Origin: a virus
IMG/VR virus record: IMGVR_UViG_3300046323_000234
Strand: one strand, 5' to 3'
DNA: 64,000 nt
Part shown: piece after piece, positions 38,654-50,222 of the stretch
How the letters are laid out: each line of letters opens with the position of its first letter
Numbering within the stretch: position 1 is the stretch's first letter
The notes under the pieces: generated by a model
The model's database searches: none
What the model was told of the DNA's origin: nothing
What the model saw: the letters and a program-made list of their open reading frames with translations, nothing else
Translations under genes and position numbers: made by a program

Positions 38654-41600
38654 TTGGCAACAAGAAGAGTCATTAATGGTAATATAAATTATGATTTGGT
38701 TGGTGGTTCTTTTAAGAATTCTCCATCACAAACCCTATTCAGTGCAGGTGATTTCTCATTAGAGACAAATCTATCAAATAGAAACATCAGAAATTATAAT
38801 AATGTTCTGGGTGTATTTCTTGAACCAATTACATTGGAGAACATCAATCTAACAGTTGATGAATCCAAAACAATCTCCACATTATCACAAAGATTATTAT
38901 TAAACTACGATAAGACAGATCTAAACAACTATGCCAAGTTTGGATCATTAGCTGAATATATTAGAATTTCTATTGAAGAGATTATAACAAAATTTCCAGC
39001 TAGTATGTATGTACCCAACATATTTGATAGACAGATGTATAATACTGTTAATGATTATTCATATGATATATATTCAAATACTGCAACATTTAGAACACCA
39101 ATTGCGCCAATCGAAAACAATTTCGGATTAATATATGATTATGGCAATAGTCAATATCCAGAGGGATTGGAGATTAGAAATTTAAATCTATCATATAACT
39201 TATATTCAATATTTAGAAACACATCAAGAACAACAGAGTATAATATTATTGGATTTACTGGATATTCAGATACTAGCATATATTTTAAAGTTAGTGGTAA
39301 TCCATTTACTGAATTAACTGTTACAACTGGATTAACAACATTATCGACAACATTTCATATTAAACCAAATTTCTCAACATATAATAAAGCAATAAAAGAT
39401 TTATCTGATTTTGAAGAATTTTTGTTAGCAAATAAATCAATTGACGGTTATATAATTAAGTTAAAAATACCACAGCAAAATGATAGGGGTGAGAGTGTAT
39501 TAATTGACACTCAAATATTATGGCCAACAAGTGATGGTTATAATATTGATATATCTGGTTCGGAATACGGTGAATTTTTACAAAGATTATATAATGTCGG
39601 AGTTCAATATGATGATTATAAAACCGATCTAATATATAGATTTTTAACACCACAATCATTAAAATCGTATGATTTAACATCAGATCAAAAAATATCAAAA
39701 TTACTTAGAGTATATGGTAGAGAATTTGATGAAATAAAACGTTTCATTGATTCAATATCATATTTAAATAAAATTAATTATGATAAGAAAAATAACATAC
39801 CAGATGTATTAATTAAAAATTTTGCAAGGGTATTTGGTTGGGATACATTTAACTTAGTTGATGAAAATGATTTATTAAAAAGATTTTTCGGTGATAGTTC
39901 TAGTGAAGATAGTGAATCATATCTACCAGCAGAAGTTGATATTGAATTATGGAGAAGAATTGTTTTAAACACTAATTACTTTTGGAAATCAAAGGGAACT
40001 AGAGAAGCTATTAGATCAATGTTCTTATTCTTAGGAATACCAGATTCATTAATATCAATCAATGAGTATGTTTATACTGTAGATGAAAAAATAAATGTTG
40101 ACACTATTGAATTGGCAATCGATATTAGATCGACATCCAATCCATATAATTCTGAAGGTTATCCAATATCACCATTAGAAGATTCTAGATTTTATTTTCA
40201 ATTAAGTGGAAATACCGATGGTGGTAATGCTTATATGGATAATTTTAGGAATGTTGGATTTAAATTAAATAGAACAGTAGATAATAAAAAATCATGGACG
40301 TATACTGGTGCGACAGTTAGGAATGATACTGAAACTAATTATACACAAAATGATAGTAAATTAATAATTAATACAAAAGAGATTGATGTATCATTTGATA
40401 TAGCTAGAGGTATTGAATATGAATTTTATAAATATAATAGTTTATATAACTATCCAATATCATCAACTGGCGTTACTATGCCATTTTTATATATAAACAT
40501 TCCTTTGGATATAACTGGTTCATCACAAACTAATTTTATTATTCCAGAAGAACAGTTAGGTGATATACAAGTAAATATAAATGGTATTACATTGGCCATC
40601 GGTACAATCCCAGGCGAAAACGATTATTATATCAATCCATTAAACGAGCAAGAAATTATATTAAACGTATCTGCATATAAAAACTATGTTGGATTTAATG
40701 ATACAATATCTGTTACATATACAGTAGATAGAAGCGGTGTATTAACATCAGCAACTGTTAAATATGTTGTAACAAAATTTGCCGTAACATCTGATGGTCA
40801 AACTGTATTTACACTACCAAAAGAACCTGCTGGTGATGTTCAATTAACATTAAATGGTGTAACATTAACAAAAGGTATTGGTGCAACTGACGGTGATTAT
40901 ATAATAAACCCATCAAATCGAAAAGAGGTTATTGTAAGATCATCAATATTGGGTGCATATTTAAAAACAACAGATACAATTGTAATAACATATTTGGAAA
41001 TTAATGATACATCAATATTGGTTGAAAAATATTCAGATTTTCATAGAGTAACATCATTGTTCGCTAGTAACTTCTATTATAATTCATTGCTTAATAAGTT
41101 TACATATATAATGCAATATAGTGCATTTAATGAATACGCAATGAAAGTTATAGTAAATGGTATAACTTTAACTAATGATGTTGATTTTACATTATCATCA
41201 ACAAATAAAAAACAAATATTTTTTAACGCACCACTTAGGATTGGTGATACAATAAATATATTTTATTATATTAATACTGGTGATGCTGGTTTAGGTGCAT
41301 ATAGTTTTAGTGATGGAAGTATTGCATCTGAGATGACGTTCTTGGAATTTATTAATAAAATAACACGAGAATTTATTGATGCAAAAGATAGAAAGATTAT
41401 TACAAATTATGAAGGTGGTTACTACCCAACATTATCAACATTGTATGATTTATACTATAATGGACAAACTCAAAGTGGTACGACATTTTTAAATAATTAT
41501 AATTTTATAAAGTTATATAAATACCTAAACAATTTTAATGGGTATTTTCAAACATTTGTATCACAATTATTGCCAGCAACAGCAATTTTAAGAAAAGGTG

Positions 41601-42802
41601 GTATATCAATCCGAAATACAATTTTTCATCAACAAAAATTCACATATAAAGCTGGATATTATGATAGTGGAAAATCAGATTATGGATCTGAATTTGTTGT
41701 AACATCACAAGATTTTATGGATTTTGGAAATGGTTTTAATAATACGGTAAATACAGCATTAAAGTTGGATGATGGTTATTTGATTGGTGGAAGTTTCACA
41801 TCATATAGTGCAAATACTGGTAACATATCAGCTAATAGATTAATAAATTTAAATAATAGAGGTTATGTTAATAATAATTTTATTATTGGTTCTGGTTTTA
41901 GTGATGGAATTGTTTATAAAATATTAAGAACACATGATAATAAGTATTTAATGTGTGGTTCATTTACATCATATAATGGCACATCATCTAATAGAATTGT
42001 AAAATTAAATATTGATGGAACTATTGATTCAACCTTCACAACTGGTAGTGGATTTGGTAATCAAGTATATGATATGTCAATCCAATCCGATGGTAAAATA
42101 CTTGTCGGTGGAGAATTTACATCATATAGTGGTGTAACTACCAGAAATAGAATCATTAGATTAAATTCTGGTGGTACAATTGATAATACGTTTCAGATTG
42201 GATCTGGTTTTGATACTATAGTTAGAACGTTAGCTATTCAATCTGATGGTAAAATACTTGTCGGTGGAGAATTTACATCATATAGTGGTGTTTCTAAAAG
42301 TAGAATTATTAGATTAAATACTGGTGGAACTATTGATGAAACTTTTCAGATTGGTACTGGTTTTAGTGGCAGTGGTTTAGTGTTAGATATTGAACAACAA
42401 TCCGATGGTAAAATACTTGTTGGTGGTAGTATTGAAAGTTATGATGTTGAACCATCATTAAATAATATTATTAGATTAAATTCAGACGGTAGTGTTGATA
42501 CAATATTTGGAGATGGTTTCGATGGTACTGTTAGAGCAATAAAACAACAATCAAATAATAAAATATTAGTTGGTGGTGATTTTCAAATATATAGTGGTAT
42601 AACATCAAATAAAATTATTAGATTAAATACTAACGGTAGTGTTGATTCAACATTTGGTGATGGATTTGCTGGCTCAGTTACAAATATTCTAATCAATTCA
42701 GATGATGAAATTATAATAATGGGTGATTATAATACATATGATGGACAGGTTGCCAATGATATTATTAGAATTAATAATGATGGAAATAAAACATCGGATT
42801 AA
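38654..42802 (+). CDS. Large baseplate/tail protein with C-terminal DUF5122 beta-propeller repeats
   Basis: WKSKGTREAIR (P2 gpI-like), NGITL Ig-like repeats, QSDGKILVGGEFTSYSG repeats; late motif at 38629; TTG start. Confidence 0.75.
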   Translation: MATRRVINGNINYDLVGGSFKNSPSQTLFSAGDFSLETNLSNRNIRNYNNVLGVFLEPITLENINLTVDESKTISTLSQRLLLNYDKTDLNNYAKFGSLAEYIRISIEEIITKFPASMYVPNIFDRQMYNTVNDYSYDIYSNTATFRTPIAPIENNFGLIYDYGNSQYPEGLEIRNLNLSYNLYSIFRNTSRTTEYNIIGFTGYSDTSIYFKVSGNPFTELTVTTGLTTLSTTFHIKPNFSTYNKAIKDLSDFEEFLLANKSIDGYIIKLKIPQQNDRGESVLIDTQILWPTSDGYNIDISGSEYGEFLQRLYNVGVQYDDYKTDLIYRFLTPQSLKSYDLTSDQKISKLLRVYGREFDEIKRFIDSISYLNKINYDKKNNIPDVLIKNFARVFGWDTFNLVDENDLLKRFFGDSSSEDSESYLPAEVDIELWRRIVLNTNYFWKSKGTREAIRSMFLFLGIPDSLISINEYVYTVDEKINVDTIELAIDIRSTSNPYNSEGYPISPLEDSRFYFQLSGNTDGGNAYMDNFRNVGFKLNRTVDNKKSWTYTGATVRNDTETNYTQNDSKLIINTKEIDVSFDIARGIEYEFYKYNSLYNYPISSTGVTMPFLYINIPLDITGSSQTNFIIPEEQLGDIQVNINGITLAIGTIPGENDYYINPLNEQEIILNVSAYKNYVGFNDTISVTYTVDRSGVLTSATVKYVVTKFAVTSDGQTVFTLPKEPAGDVQLTLNGVTLTKGIGATDGDYIINPSNRKEVIVRSSILGAYLKTTDTIVITYLEINDTSILVEKYSDFHRVTSLFASNFYYNSLLNKFTYIMQYSAFNEYAMKVIVNGITLTNDVDFTLSSTNKKQIFFNAPLRIGDTINIFYYINTGDAGLGAYSFSDGSIASEMTFLEFINKITREFIDAKDRKIITNYEGGYYPTLSTLYDLYYNGQTQSGTTFLNNYNFIKLYKYLNNFNGYFQTFVSQLLPATAILRKGGISIRNTIFHQQKFTYKAGYYDSGKSDYGSEFVVTSQDFMDFGNGFNNTVNTALKLDDGYLIGGSFTSYSANTGNISANRLINLNNRGYVNNNFIIGSGFSDGIVYKILRTHDNKYLMCGSFTSYNGTSSNRIVKLNIDGTIDSTFTTGSGFGNQVYDMSIQSDGKILVGGEFTSYSGVTTRNRIIRLNSGGTIDNTFQIGSGFDTIVRTLAIQSDGKILVGGEFTSYSGVSKSRIIRLNTGGTIDETFQIGTGFSGSGLVLDIEQQSDGKILVGGSIESYDVEPSLNNIIRLNSDGSVDTIFGDGFDGTVRAIKQQSNNKILVGGDFQIYSGITSNKIIRLNTNGSVDSTFGDGFAGSVTNILINSDDEIIIMGDYNTYDGQVANDIIRINNDGNKTSD

Positions 42803-42840
42803 TTTTTATTAAAACTATTTATATAAAATGCATTAATTAA

Positions 42841-44415
42841 ATGAGTTTTATAATAAAAGATTCACCAATAACATTAAATATTAAATTAACAACACTAGGA
42901 AGAAAAAAACTTTCCGAAGGTAATTTACAGTTTAAAAAATGGGCAATTGGTGATAGTGAAATAAATTATGAATTTGCATCAGAAACATCTTTTGATTTAA
43001 CAGATGGAATGGTTTTAAGACCTAAAGATGTAAACCCATCAATCAAATCATATATAAAGGAAAATCCAGATAGTGAATCAAATTACACAACAATATCAAG
43101 CGTTGATTCAACTGAAATTACTGTAATCAATACGGCTAGTGAAAGAGGTTTCTTTTTAAGGTCAGGTTCAACATTTACATTAGACTTAGATCAAACAAGA
43201 CAACCACATTTACTAATACGCAATCATCAATTAAATACTACTGGTAAAACTACATTATCACTTGTGCAATCATCTGCTTATGGATTGGTATTAAATGAAC
43301 CACAAGTAAATGATTTTATATTAATTGGGTGGAGAAATCCAAGATTGACTGGTACAAGTTTATTACAAAATAGTATAATAGATATTAATTCACCAATACC
43401 ATTCATATGGTATAAAATACAAGATATTATATCAGGTACATCAATTGCTTTAAATAATTTACAAATCACCGTTGATAAAAATTTACCAAACTTTAATGGT
43501 ATATCAGGTACATCATTTGCTATTGTATATCCAAATGCTAGTGGATATACATCGACAAATACATCAGAATATGATTCAATGAAAAATTATTATGATAATG
43601 TTGGTGATGTTAGAGTATGGAATATGTCAATTATTTATGGTGATACACTAGCTGGTACTTTAGCAAATTATAAAAATAAATCAACATATAAAACAAAAAA
43701 ATATTCTGGCGATATAGTTTATATTGCTCAAAGTGCATATACTGAAAATAGTTTTGCAACATATGGAACAACATTGAGAAATGTTGGAATAATCCATTAT
43801 ACAAATAGTTCAATAACAAATAACTATGGTGAATCATTAGATTCAAATACACCAGTATTGGATTTGCCAACAATAATGTGGCATTATAATACTGGTAATA
43901 CATTAGGATTAACATTAAGTTGTGGTAATGAAAGAAAAACACTTAATGGATTGGATTCATACTATTATGATTTAGGTGATGAAGATGGAAATGTTGTTGG
44001 TAAATGTTTTATTGATTTAAAAATATTTGTAATTGAAGATCAAGAACTATTACATGCAATGTCGTATAAATCCAATCGAAATTGGACTATTCCTGAATGC
44101 TCTGCTGGATTTAATATTAGTACATGTGTTAACCCTTGTTCAATTGAATTTGATTATATAAATGTAACACAACCGACAGTTATAACTGGTGGAACTATTG
44201 AAATTATTGCTAGTGGTTATAGTGGAACAATTTATTATTCAAATGATAATGGTGTTACATATCAAACAAGTAATATATTCTATAATGTGTCTGCTGGTAA
44301 TTATATGATTAGAATTAAAGATATAACCAAAGATGGATGTGTTGCCACTGCACTTGTAACATTAACAACAGATGCTGCTGATTTTAGTATTGACTTTAGT
44401 GATGACTTTGGTTAA
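42841..44415 (+). CDS. Virion structural protein
   Basis: LTTLGRKKLSEG..WAIGDSEINY; C-terminal SprB-like YSNDNG..F.NVSAGNY; late motif at 42815. Confidence 0.6.
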   Translation: MSFIIKDSPITLNIKLTTLGRKKLSEGNLQFKKWAIGDSEINYEFASETSFDLTDGMVLRPKDVNPSIKSYIKENPDSESNYTTISSVDSTEITVINTASERGFFLRSGSTFTLDLDQTRQPHLLIRNHQLNTTGKTTLSLVQSSAYGLVLNEPQVNDFILIGWRNPRLTGTSLLQNSIIDINSPIPFIWYKIQDIISGTSIALNNLQITVDKNLPNFNGISGTSFAIVYPNASGYTSTNTSEYDSMKNYYDNVGDVRVWNMSIIYGDTLAGTLANYKNKSTYKTKKYSGDIVYIAQSAYTENSFATYGTTLRNVGIIHYTNSSITNNYGESLDSNTPVLDLPTIMWHYNTGNTLGLTLSCGNERKTLNGLDSYYYDLGDEDGNVVGKCFIDLKIFVIEDQELLHAMSYKSNRNWTIPECSAGFNISTCVNPCSIEFDYINVTQPTVITGGTIEIIASGYSGTIYYSNDNGVTYQTSNIFYNVSAGNYMIRIKDITKDGCVATALVTLTTDAADFSIDFSDDFG

Positions 44416-44449
44416 AATAAATAAACTATTTATATAAAACAATAATATA

Positions 44450-44998
44450 ATGGCCCAAAAAAGCTACAACAATTTATATACAGGTATAACAAGTACAATT
44501 AAAAATAATAGTTTAAAAAGTATTAGTGGGATTACTTTACAAAATGCTTTAATCGATATTGTTGATAGTACATTTGGTGCTTTCAGTGGAAATACTGGTG
44601 GTAATAATAAAACGGCAACTGGTATAACCACAACATATGTTGATAGTTCAAGTGTTGTTAGTGAAGTAACAGTAAAAAGTAAAATATTAGAAATTGGTGA
44701 TTGGGATATGGATACTAACGATTCAAAAAGTGTCGCTAGTGGTATTTCTAGTTTAGAAACAAAATTAAGATTGGTTAGTATTATGGTTAGAAATGATTCT
44801 GCTACTGAATTAAATCCATTTTTATGTACAATAAGACAAATAGCTGGTGGTAGTTTGTATGAAGGTGAAGGTGGTATAAATATATCAACAGATGATTTAA
44901 TATATTTAAGAAGAAAAACTGCTGGAATATATGACAGCACTGAATATAATTCAACATCATATAACAGAGGTTGGATTTATATAACATATCAAGAATAA
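44450..44998 (+). CDS. Virion structural protein
   Basis: Late motif at 44426; IGDWDMD...NRGWIYITY. Confidence 0.5.
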   Translation: MAQKSYNNLYTGITSTIKNNSLKSISGITLQNALIDIVDSTFGAFSGNTGGNNKTATGITTTYVDSSSVVSEVTVKSKILEIGDWDMDTNDSKSVASGISSLETKLRLVSIMVRNDSATELNPFLCTIRQIAGGSLYEGEGGINISTDDLIYLRRKTAGIYDSTEYNSTSYNRGWIYITYQE

Positions 44999-45000
44999 AA

Positions 45001-45750
45001 ATGGCACAAGCATTACCAACAACAGTATTTATAACATATTTGTTTGAAAATGATCAAACATATTTATCTGGTTCAACATATGGATTCCAGACACCAATCC
45101 ATTGTGCGTATATTCAAAAATTAACCACAGATGATTATAGAGGGAAAAAAATAAACTTCACATTTAATGAAGATTTATTTCCATTTATGAAATCAACAAG
45201 TGAAATGAATGGATTGGGTTGGAATGCGAATAGAATTAAAGCACTTGTTCAAAAATATGATTATGTTGATGAAACACTTAGGCCAGATCCAACATTATGG
45301 AAAATAATTGATGTAACCAATCAAATATCTGGTTTTGCCACGTTTTCAGCCACTACAATCAATCCAAATGATTTGGTAGGTGTTATCTTCAGTATTAGTG
45401 ATTCGTTATACGAGAGTGCAAGTATATATGATTTAGACCAATATTTAAATCTACCTGAAACAATTGATGATGACAATAAACTAAATTTCGGTGATGAAAC
45501 ATTTTTTTATGGAAATATTACAACCGATATTAATGCAACCATACAAAGAAGTAATATTAATATATTCCTACCATTAAACACATATAATAATAGTACCAAT
45601 CCAACATGGGAACAAAATACACCAGTATATATAACAGAGATTGGTATTTATGATGATAATAATGATTTGGTTGGCATCGCTAAACTAAATTATCCAATCG
45701 ATAAAGATAATACCAAAACAAGAACTTTTGATTTTGGAATGGATTTTTAA
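45001..45750 (+). CDS. Tail/baseplate protein with tail-collar-like C-terminus
   Basis: YITEIGIYDDNNDLVGIAKLNYPIDK. Confidence 0.6.
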   Translation: MAQALPTTVFITYLFENDQTYLSGSTYGFQTPIHCAYIQKLTTDDYRGKKINFTFNEDLFPFMKSTSEMNGLGWNANRIKALVQKYDYVDETLRPDPTLWKIIDVTNQISGFATFSATTINPNDLVGVIFSISDSLYESASIYDLDQYLNLPETIDDDNKLNFGDETFFYGNITTDINATIQRSNINIFLPLNTYNNSTNPTWEQNTPVYITEIGIYDDNNDLVGIAKLNYPIDKDNTKTRTFDFGMDF

Positions 45751-45824
45751 TATTTTTTTATAAAAATTAATAAAATTTTATAAGAATTTATTTTTTCATA
45801 CTATTTATAATAAATAAATATTAT

Positions 45825-45974
45825 ATGAAAATTAAAAAATCAAAATCTGTATTAATATCAGATGATACTCACGATAAATTAAAAAAGCATTGTGACGTAA
45901 ATAACCTAAAAATTGGGCCATATGTTGAGAATGTAATAAATAAAGACATCGAGAAAACCGAAGTCAAAAATTAA
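45825..45974 (+). CDS. Small ribbon-helix-helix-like DNA-binding protein (49 aa)
   Basis: Translated by hand: MKIKKSKSVLISDDTHDKLKKHCDVNNLKIGPYVENVI; late motif at 45801. Confidence 0.6.
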   Translation: MKIKKSKSVLISDDTHDKLKKHCDVNNLKIGPYVENVINKDIEKTEVKN

Positions 45975-45998
45975 TTATTATATTTTATAAATAACAAA

Positions 45999-46607
45999 AT
46001 GGAATCACGAGATTTTTATTTAGGATTGGATATATCAACAACTAATATTGGATTGGCCTTATTTAATGATAAGGGTGCATTGGTTGAATTAAAACATTTA
46101 AAATTACACACCGATGTAAAAACTACACCAGATACAGATAGATATCTAATTAAAGGTGATCAGTTTTATAAATTCTTAATTTCATATCGTGATCATGTTA
46201 AAACAACATATGAAGCTGATATAAAAACAATATTCGTTGAAGAACCATTAATGATGTCAAATAATCAATTTACATCAGCATTGTTACAAAAATTTAATGG
46301 AGTCTGTTGTTATATAATTAAAATTATATTTGGTATATGTCCAGAGATGATTAGTGTACACGAAGCTAGATCATTATTCTGTCCAGAATTTGTAAAAACC
46401 AAAACAGTTAAAGGTAAACTCACCAAAACTTTATCATTTCCAAAAGAAATCGATAAGAAAGAATACATCTGGAAAAAGGTGGCCTCAATGGAAAGAGATA
46501 TCCAATGGATATTCAATAAGAAAGGTGATATAGCACAAGAAAATTATGATATGAGTGATGCTTATTGTGTTGGGGTCGCAAAACTTAGAGAAAAGAAAAT
46601 ATTATAA
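45999..46607 (+). CDS. RuvC-like Holliday junction resolvase
   Basis: LGLDISTTNIG, FVEEP, YDMSDAY. Confidence 0.8.
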   Translation: MESRDFYLGLDISTTNIGLALFNDKGALVELKHLKLHTDVKTTPDTDRYLIKGDQFYKFLISYRDHVKTTYEADIKTIFVEEPLMMSNNQFTSALLQKFNGVCCYIIKIIFGICPEMISVHEARSLFCPEFVKTKTVKGKLTKTLSFPKEIDKKEYIWKKVASMERDIQWIFNKKGDIAQENYDMSDAYCVGVAKLREKKIL

Positions 46608-46613
46608 TTAAAT

Positions 46614-46928
46614 TTGAAAGATATTGTTTATATTTATTTAATTAAATCTTCCATTAACAATTATTATAAGATTGGTATTGCAAAAGATATTAATAAAAGA
46701 ATGAAAACATTGCAAACAGGCAATGCTGAAGAATTAATATTAATAAATAATTATAAAACAACATCAAATGTTGTTTCTAAATTAGAATTCTCATTACATA
46801 ATTATTATAATTTGAAACATATAAAGGGAGAATGGTTTGGATTGGATGATAAAGATTTAGAAGAATTTAGTTATATTTGTGAGAAAAATGAAAGAAATTT
46901 GATTTATTTACAAGAAAACCAAATATAA
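46614..46928 (+). CDS. GIY-YIG nuclease, T5orf172/MUG113 type
   Basis: YIYLI..YKIG.AKDINKRMKTLQTGN..E..LH...KGEWF. Confidence 0.85.
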   Translation: MKDIVYIYLIKSSINNYYKIGIAKDINKRMKTLQTGNAEELILINNYKTTSNVVSKLEFSLHNYYNLKHIKGEWFGLDDKDLEEFSYICEKNERNLIYLQENQI

Positions 46929-46929
46929 A

Positions 46930-46961
46930 TTTGCATGTTATAACATAACGATATAGTTTTG
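46930..46961 (+). promoter_or_regulatory. Bacteroidota-type housekeeping promoter (-33 TTTG / -7 TAnnTTTG)
   Basis: TTTG at 46930, 20-nt spacer, TAGTTTTG at 46954. Confidence 0.55.
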
Positions 46962-47001
46962 TTTAAAATTAAATTGAAATAAATCAAATAACAGTTAAAG
47001 A

Positions 47002-48618
47002 ATGAATAATATTCCCAATAACACATTATTAAGAGCAATTGAAGTACTTGAAAAAGCAATAAGTGAAAATAAACCATATACACAAGTTTGTAGTCAATTA
47101 GGATTTTGTGGTAGAACAATTAGAAGTGTACGTAAAACACTTACTAAATATGTAAGTGAAAATAATTTACCATATCATTATGATGTATTATTTGTAAATA
47201 AATTTCTACAATTGTGTGATATTATATCCAATAGAGATAAAGCATCATCAACATATAATTATACATTAAATACTCAGCATAAAAATGTGTTAAATGAGGA
47301 TGAGGGTATTGATTTAGAAAGATCAAAAACATGGGAAGATAGAGATACATCAAATAAAATAACTAAATATAATTACCATATTTTGATTAGAGATGAAGAT
47401 CCATTTATTGGACATCTTACGACTGATCAAATGGAGCAGATTTTTGCGAACTATCCATATGTAACTAGAAATACAGTATCTAGTTATTTTCCATATCTAA
47501 CATTTCAACAGTTTAAAAGACTTCTTAGAGTATTCAATATTACCAAAGATAGATTATTTCCAAAACATATATTGGAAAATAAATCAGAAGATGAGATTGC
47601 TGAATTTGCACTAAAGGCCAAAGAACATTCAGCATTAAAGAAATATGTTGAACAAAAACCATTATTTGTTGAAAAGGTATTGAGAGATACCCAATCTGAA
47701 TTAATGGAGTTAAAAGATAAAAGAGCTTGGTATAATGGAATAGTAAAGGAAGTATTTGAGAATATTAATGATATAAATAAATTTAGTGTTACATATTCAA
47801 ATAATGCATCAGAGAAAGCACTTATTATATTTTTATCAGATCATCATATTGGTGCATCAAACAACAATGCACAATTCAGCAAACCATATAACAAAGAAGT
47901 TTATTATTCTAGATTAAAACAAATTCTATCCGAAGTTAGAGAACTTAAACAAGATAATAAAAAATTCGATAAGATTATTGTCATGAATCTTGGCGATGCA
48001 TTAGATGGTTGGAAAGCTGAAACAACAAGAGGTGGACATAAACTTCCACAAAATATGAATGATAGAGAACAATTTAAAACATATGTTGAATCAATGGTTA
48101 TGTTTTTTCAAGAATTACATGGATTTGATTTGGCAAATAATATTGAATTTGTTTCCGTTGCCGAATCCAATCACGGAGGTGATGCTGAATATAATGCCAA
48201 TTATGCATTAAAATATATATTTGATTTTAAGTTTCCAGATTTAAAATTCAAAATGTTTGAAAAGTTTGTTGAGCATATAACATACGGTGAACATACATAT
48301 ATCATTAATCACGGAAAGGATAATGATAAGATGATTAGAAATCTTCCATTACATTTAGATTTTAAAACAGAACTATTTTTTGATAACTACATTAAACACA
48401 ATAAAATAACTTCCAAATATATTTCAGTAGTTAAAGGTGACCTACACCAATACGCCAGCGAAGTTGGAAAGAAACTAAAGTACACCAATATTCCCTCAAT
48501 ATATGGGGGATCAACATGGACAGATGCAAACTTTGGATATACTTGTCCAGCATTTGTTTATCAAGTAGTATCAAAGTATACCAATAAAATAACTGAAACG
48601 TATATTGAATTGGATTAA
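47002..48618 (+). CDS. Calcineurin-like metallophosphoesterase with N-terminal HTH-like region
   Basis: SDHHIG, NLGDALDG, ESNHG, INHG, GDLH. Confidence 0.8.
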   Translation: MNNIPNNTLLRAIEVLEKAISENKPYTQVCSQLGFCGRTIRSVRKTLTKYVSENNLPYHYDVLFVNKFLQLCDIISNRDKASSTYNYTLNTQHKNVLNEDEGIDLERSKTWEDRDTSNKITKYNYHILIRDEDPFIGHLTTDQMEQIFANYPYVTRNTVSSYFPYLTFQQFKRLLRVFNITKDRLFPKHILENKSEDEIAEFALKAKEHSALKKYVEQKPLFVEKVLRDTQSELMELKDKRAWYNGIVKEVFENINDINKFSVTYSNNASEKALIIFLSDHHIGASNNNAQFSKPYNKEVYYSRLKQILSEVRELKQDNKKFDKIIVMNLGDALDGWKAETTRGGHKLPQNMNDREQFKTYVESMVMFFQELHGFDLANNIEFVSVAESNHGGDAEYNANYALKYIFDFKFPDLKFKMFEKFVEHITYGEHTYIINHGKDNDKMIRNLPLHLDFKTELFFDNYIKHNKITSKYISVVKGDLHQYASEVGKKLKYTNIPSIYGGSTWTDANFGYTCPAFVYQVVSKYTNKITETYIELD

Positions 48619-48626
48619 TTAAAAAT

Positions 48627-48830
48627 ATGGAAATAAAAACAGTAAGTTCATTTAAATTAAATGAAAGAGAAATTAAAGATGCAATTAGAAACTATTGTGT
48701 TGATAAATTAAGAGAATTTGAAAATATAGAATTGGAAAACGTTGATATACTTGGATATGATAATGATGTAAAGGCAACTGTTAATGACTTTGTTGCTATA
48801 GTAACGGTTGTTAAAACTAATGTAATATAA
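48627..48830 (+). CDS. Small hypothetical protein
   Basis: 67 aa operonic ORF. Confidence 0.5.
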   Translation: MEIKTVSSFKLNEREIKDAIRNYCVDKLREFENIELENVDILGYDNDVKATVNDFVAIVTVVKTNVI

Positions 48831-48841
48831 ATTAATTAATT

Positions 48842-49321
48842 ATGTTAAAAAATACTGATATTAAAGTTGGTAATTGGATTGGTAGTGGTGTGAAATTTGA
48901 AGACACATCACTTATTGGTAATGTTCTTGAAATTGGTAACGATGATAGGGAATTTGAACAAGTCTGGTGTCAATGCGATGAAAGTTTCGAGTGGTTTTTT
49001 AAAGATAACTATTGTGGAATTCCAATAACAAATGATTGGCATATTCTTCTTGGTGGTGTAAAAAATGGATTTAATTCATATGAATATGATATCTCTAGAT
49101 TTGAATCTGGTGAATTAAAATTATCATTTTCTGGTGATTATTTAATAATAACTGAATTTGATAAAGATAAGAAAATTCCAAACGATTTAATTGTCTTGTG
49201 GAATAAAGACATAAAGAAAGAATTTTATGTTCACGAGTTCCAAAATTTATATAAATCAATAACAGGTAAAGATTTAGTTTACAATATTGAAGATGTTTAT
49301 AAAAAGTTTGAAAAATTATAA
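48842..49321 (+). CDS. Hypothetical phage protein
   Basis: DIKVGNW..GIPITNDW..YVHEFQNLY motif common in Bacteroidota phages. Confidence 0.55.
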   Translation: MLKNTDIKVGNWIGSGVKFEDTSLIGNVLEIGNDDREFEQVWCQCDESFEWFFKDNYCGIPITNDWHILLGGVKNGFNSYEYDISRFESGELKLSFSGDYLIITEFDKDKKIPNDLIVLWNKDIKKEFYVHEFQNLYKSITGKDLVYNIEDVYKKFEKL

Positions 49322-49324
49322 GTT

Positions 49325-49696
49325 ATGTTCTGCAATTATATAAATGATATTTATAAAAACCATATTCACCCCAATCTAATAGATGATGAGTTTAAATACA
49401 CAAAACTTTTAGAGGAAACTTTTTTTGATTTATATAATCAAATATCATATAAACAACATTCAAATTGGGGTATTGAATATTGTATGAATAAAGGAACTAT
49501 ATTATTTAGATTGGTTAGAATTACAACAAAAACTGATGCATTATATTGTACCAATAGTTCATTTAATATTATGATGGATATTTTTAATAATAAAAACTGC
49601 AATATTTATCATAATATAGAATTGATTATATATAAATATCAATTATTTAATATTATTGACGGTAATTTTTTTTATGTTACAAGATTAAAATTATAA
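49325..49696 (+). CDS. Hypothetical protein, MLCxYINxIY family
   Basis: MFCNYINDIYKNHIHPNLIDDEFKY. Confidence 0.6.
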   Translation: MFCNYINDIYKNHIHPNLIDDEFKYTKLLEETFFDLYNQISYKQHSNWGIEYCMNKGTILFRLVRITTKTDALYCTNSSFNIMMDIFNNKNCNIYHNIELIIYKYQLFNIIDGNFFYVTRLKL

Positions 49697-50209
49697 TAAA
49701 ACAAAATCCTCTTTAACTGGAATGGTAATTATTCTTCTGTAATACGTGGAATAACCACCATAGGATTGGTTTAGTGATTCATTAATATAATTAGCATCAA
49801 CCACTTCATAGAAGCGTCTTCTGTTTGAACTTTGATTGTATTCGATTACATCACCTCTATTAATAGTTGTTTTTGTCTCATCAAGTTCTTTATCATAGAT
49901 ATTAAATATAAGTGACTGTACATCTTGTCTAATGATTCCAGTATCAGATAGATACTTTTGTTCTTCTGATGACATTTCAGATATCCATACATTTAATCTA
50001 ATTGCTGATTTAAACTTTTTATCGGTTGGTTTTGCTTCACCATAGAAATCATCAACAATAGATTCGATTATATTTGCACAATATAATAAAATATTAAAAT
50101 TGGTATCATTTGAGTAATAATGTCTACCATAGTTAATATCCAATCCAAACGAATCTTCGTTATAGAATAGTGATAATCTGTCGTTATATTGTTTATCTAA
50201 ATTGCTCAT
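49691..50209 (-). CDS. Head completion/neck protein (gp14-like)
   Basis: DDFYGEA..K.F..., RGDVIEY...FYEV; downstream of neck gene. Confidence 0.5.
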   Translation of the reverse strand: MSNLDKQYNDRLSLFYNEDSFGLDINYGRHYYSNDTNFNILLYCANIIESIVDDFYGEAKPTDKKFKSAIRLNVWISEMSSEEQKYLSDTGIIRQDVQSLIFNIYDKELDETKTTINRGDVIEYNQSSNRRRFYEVVDANYINESLNQSYGGYSTYYRRIITIPVKEDFVLL

Positions 50210-50222
50210 ATAATATTATATT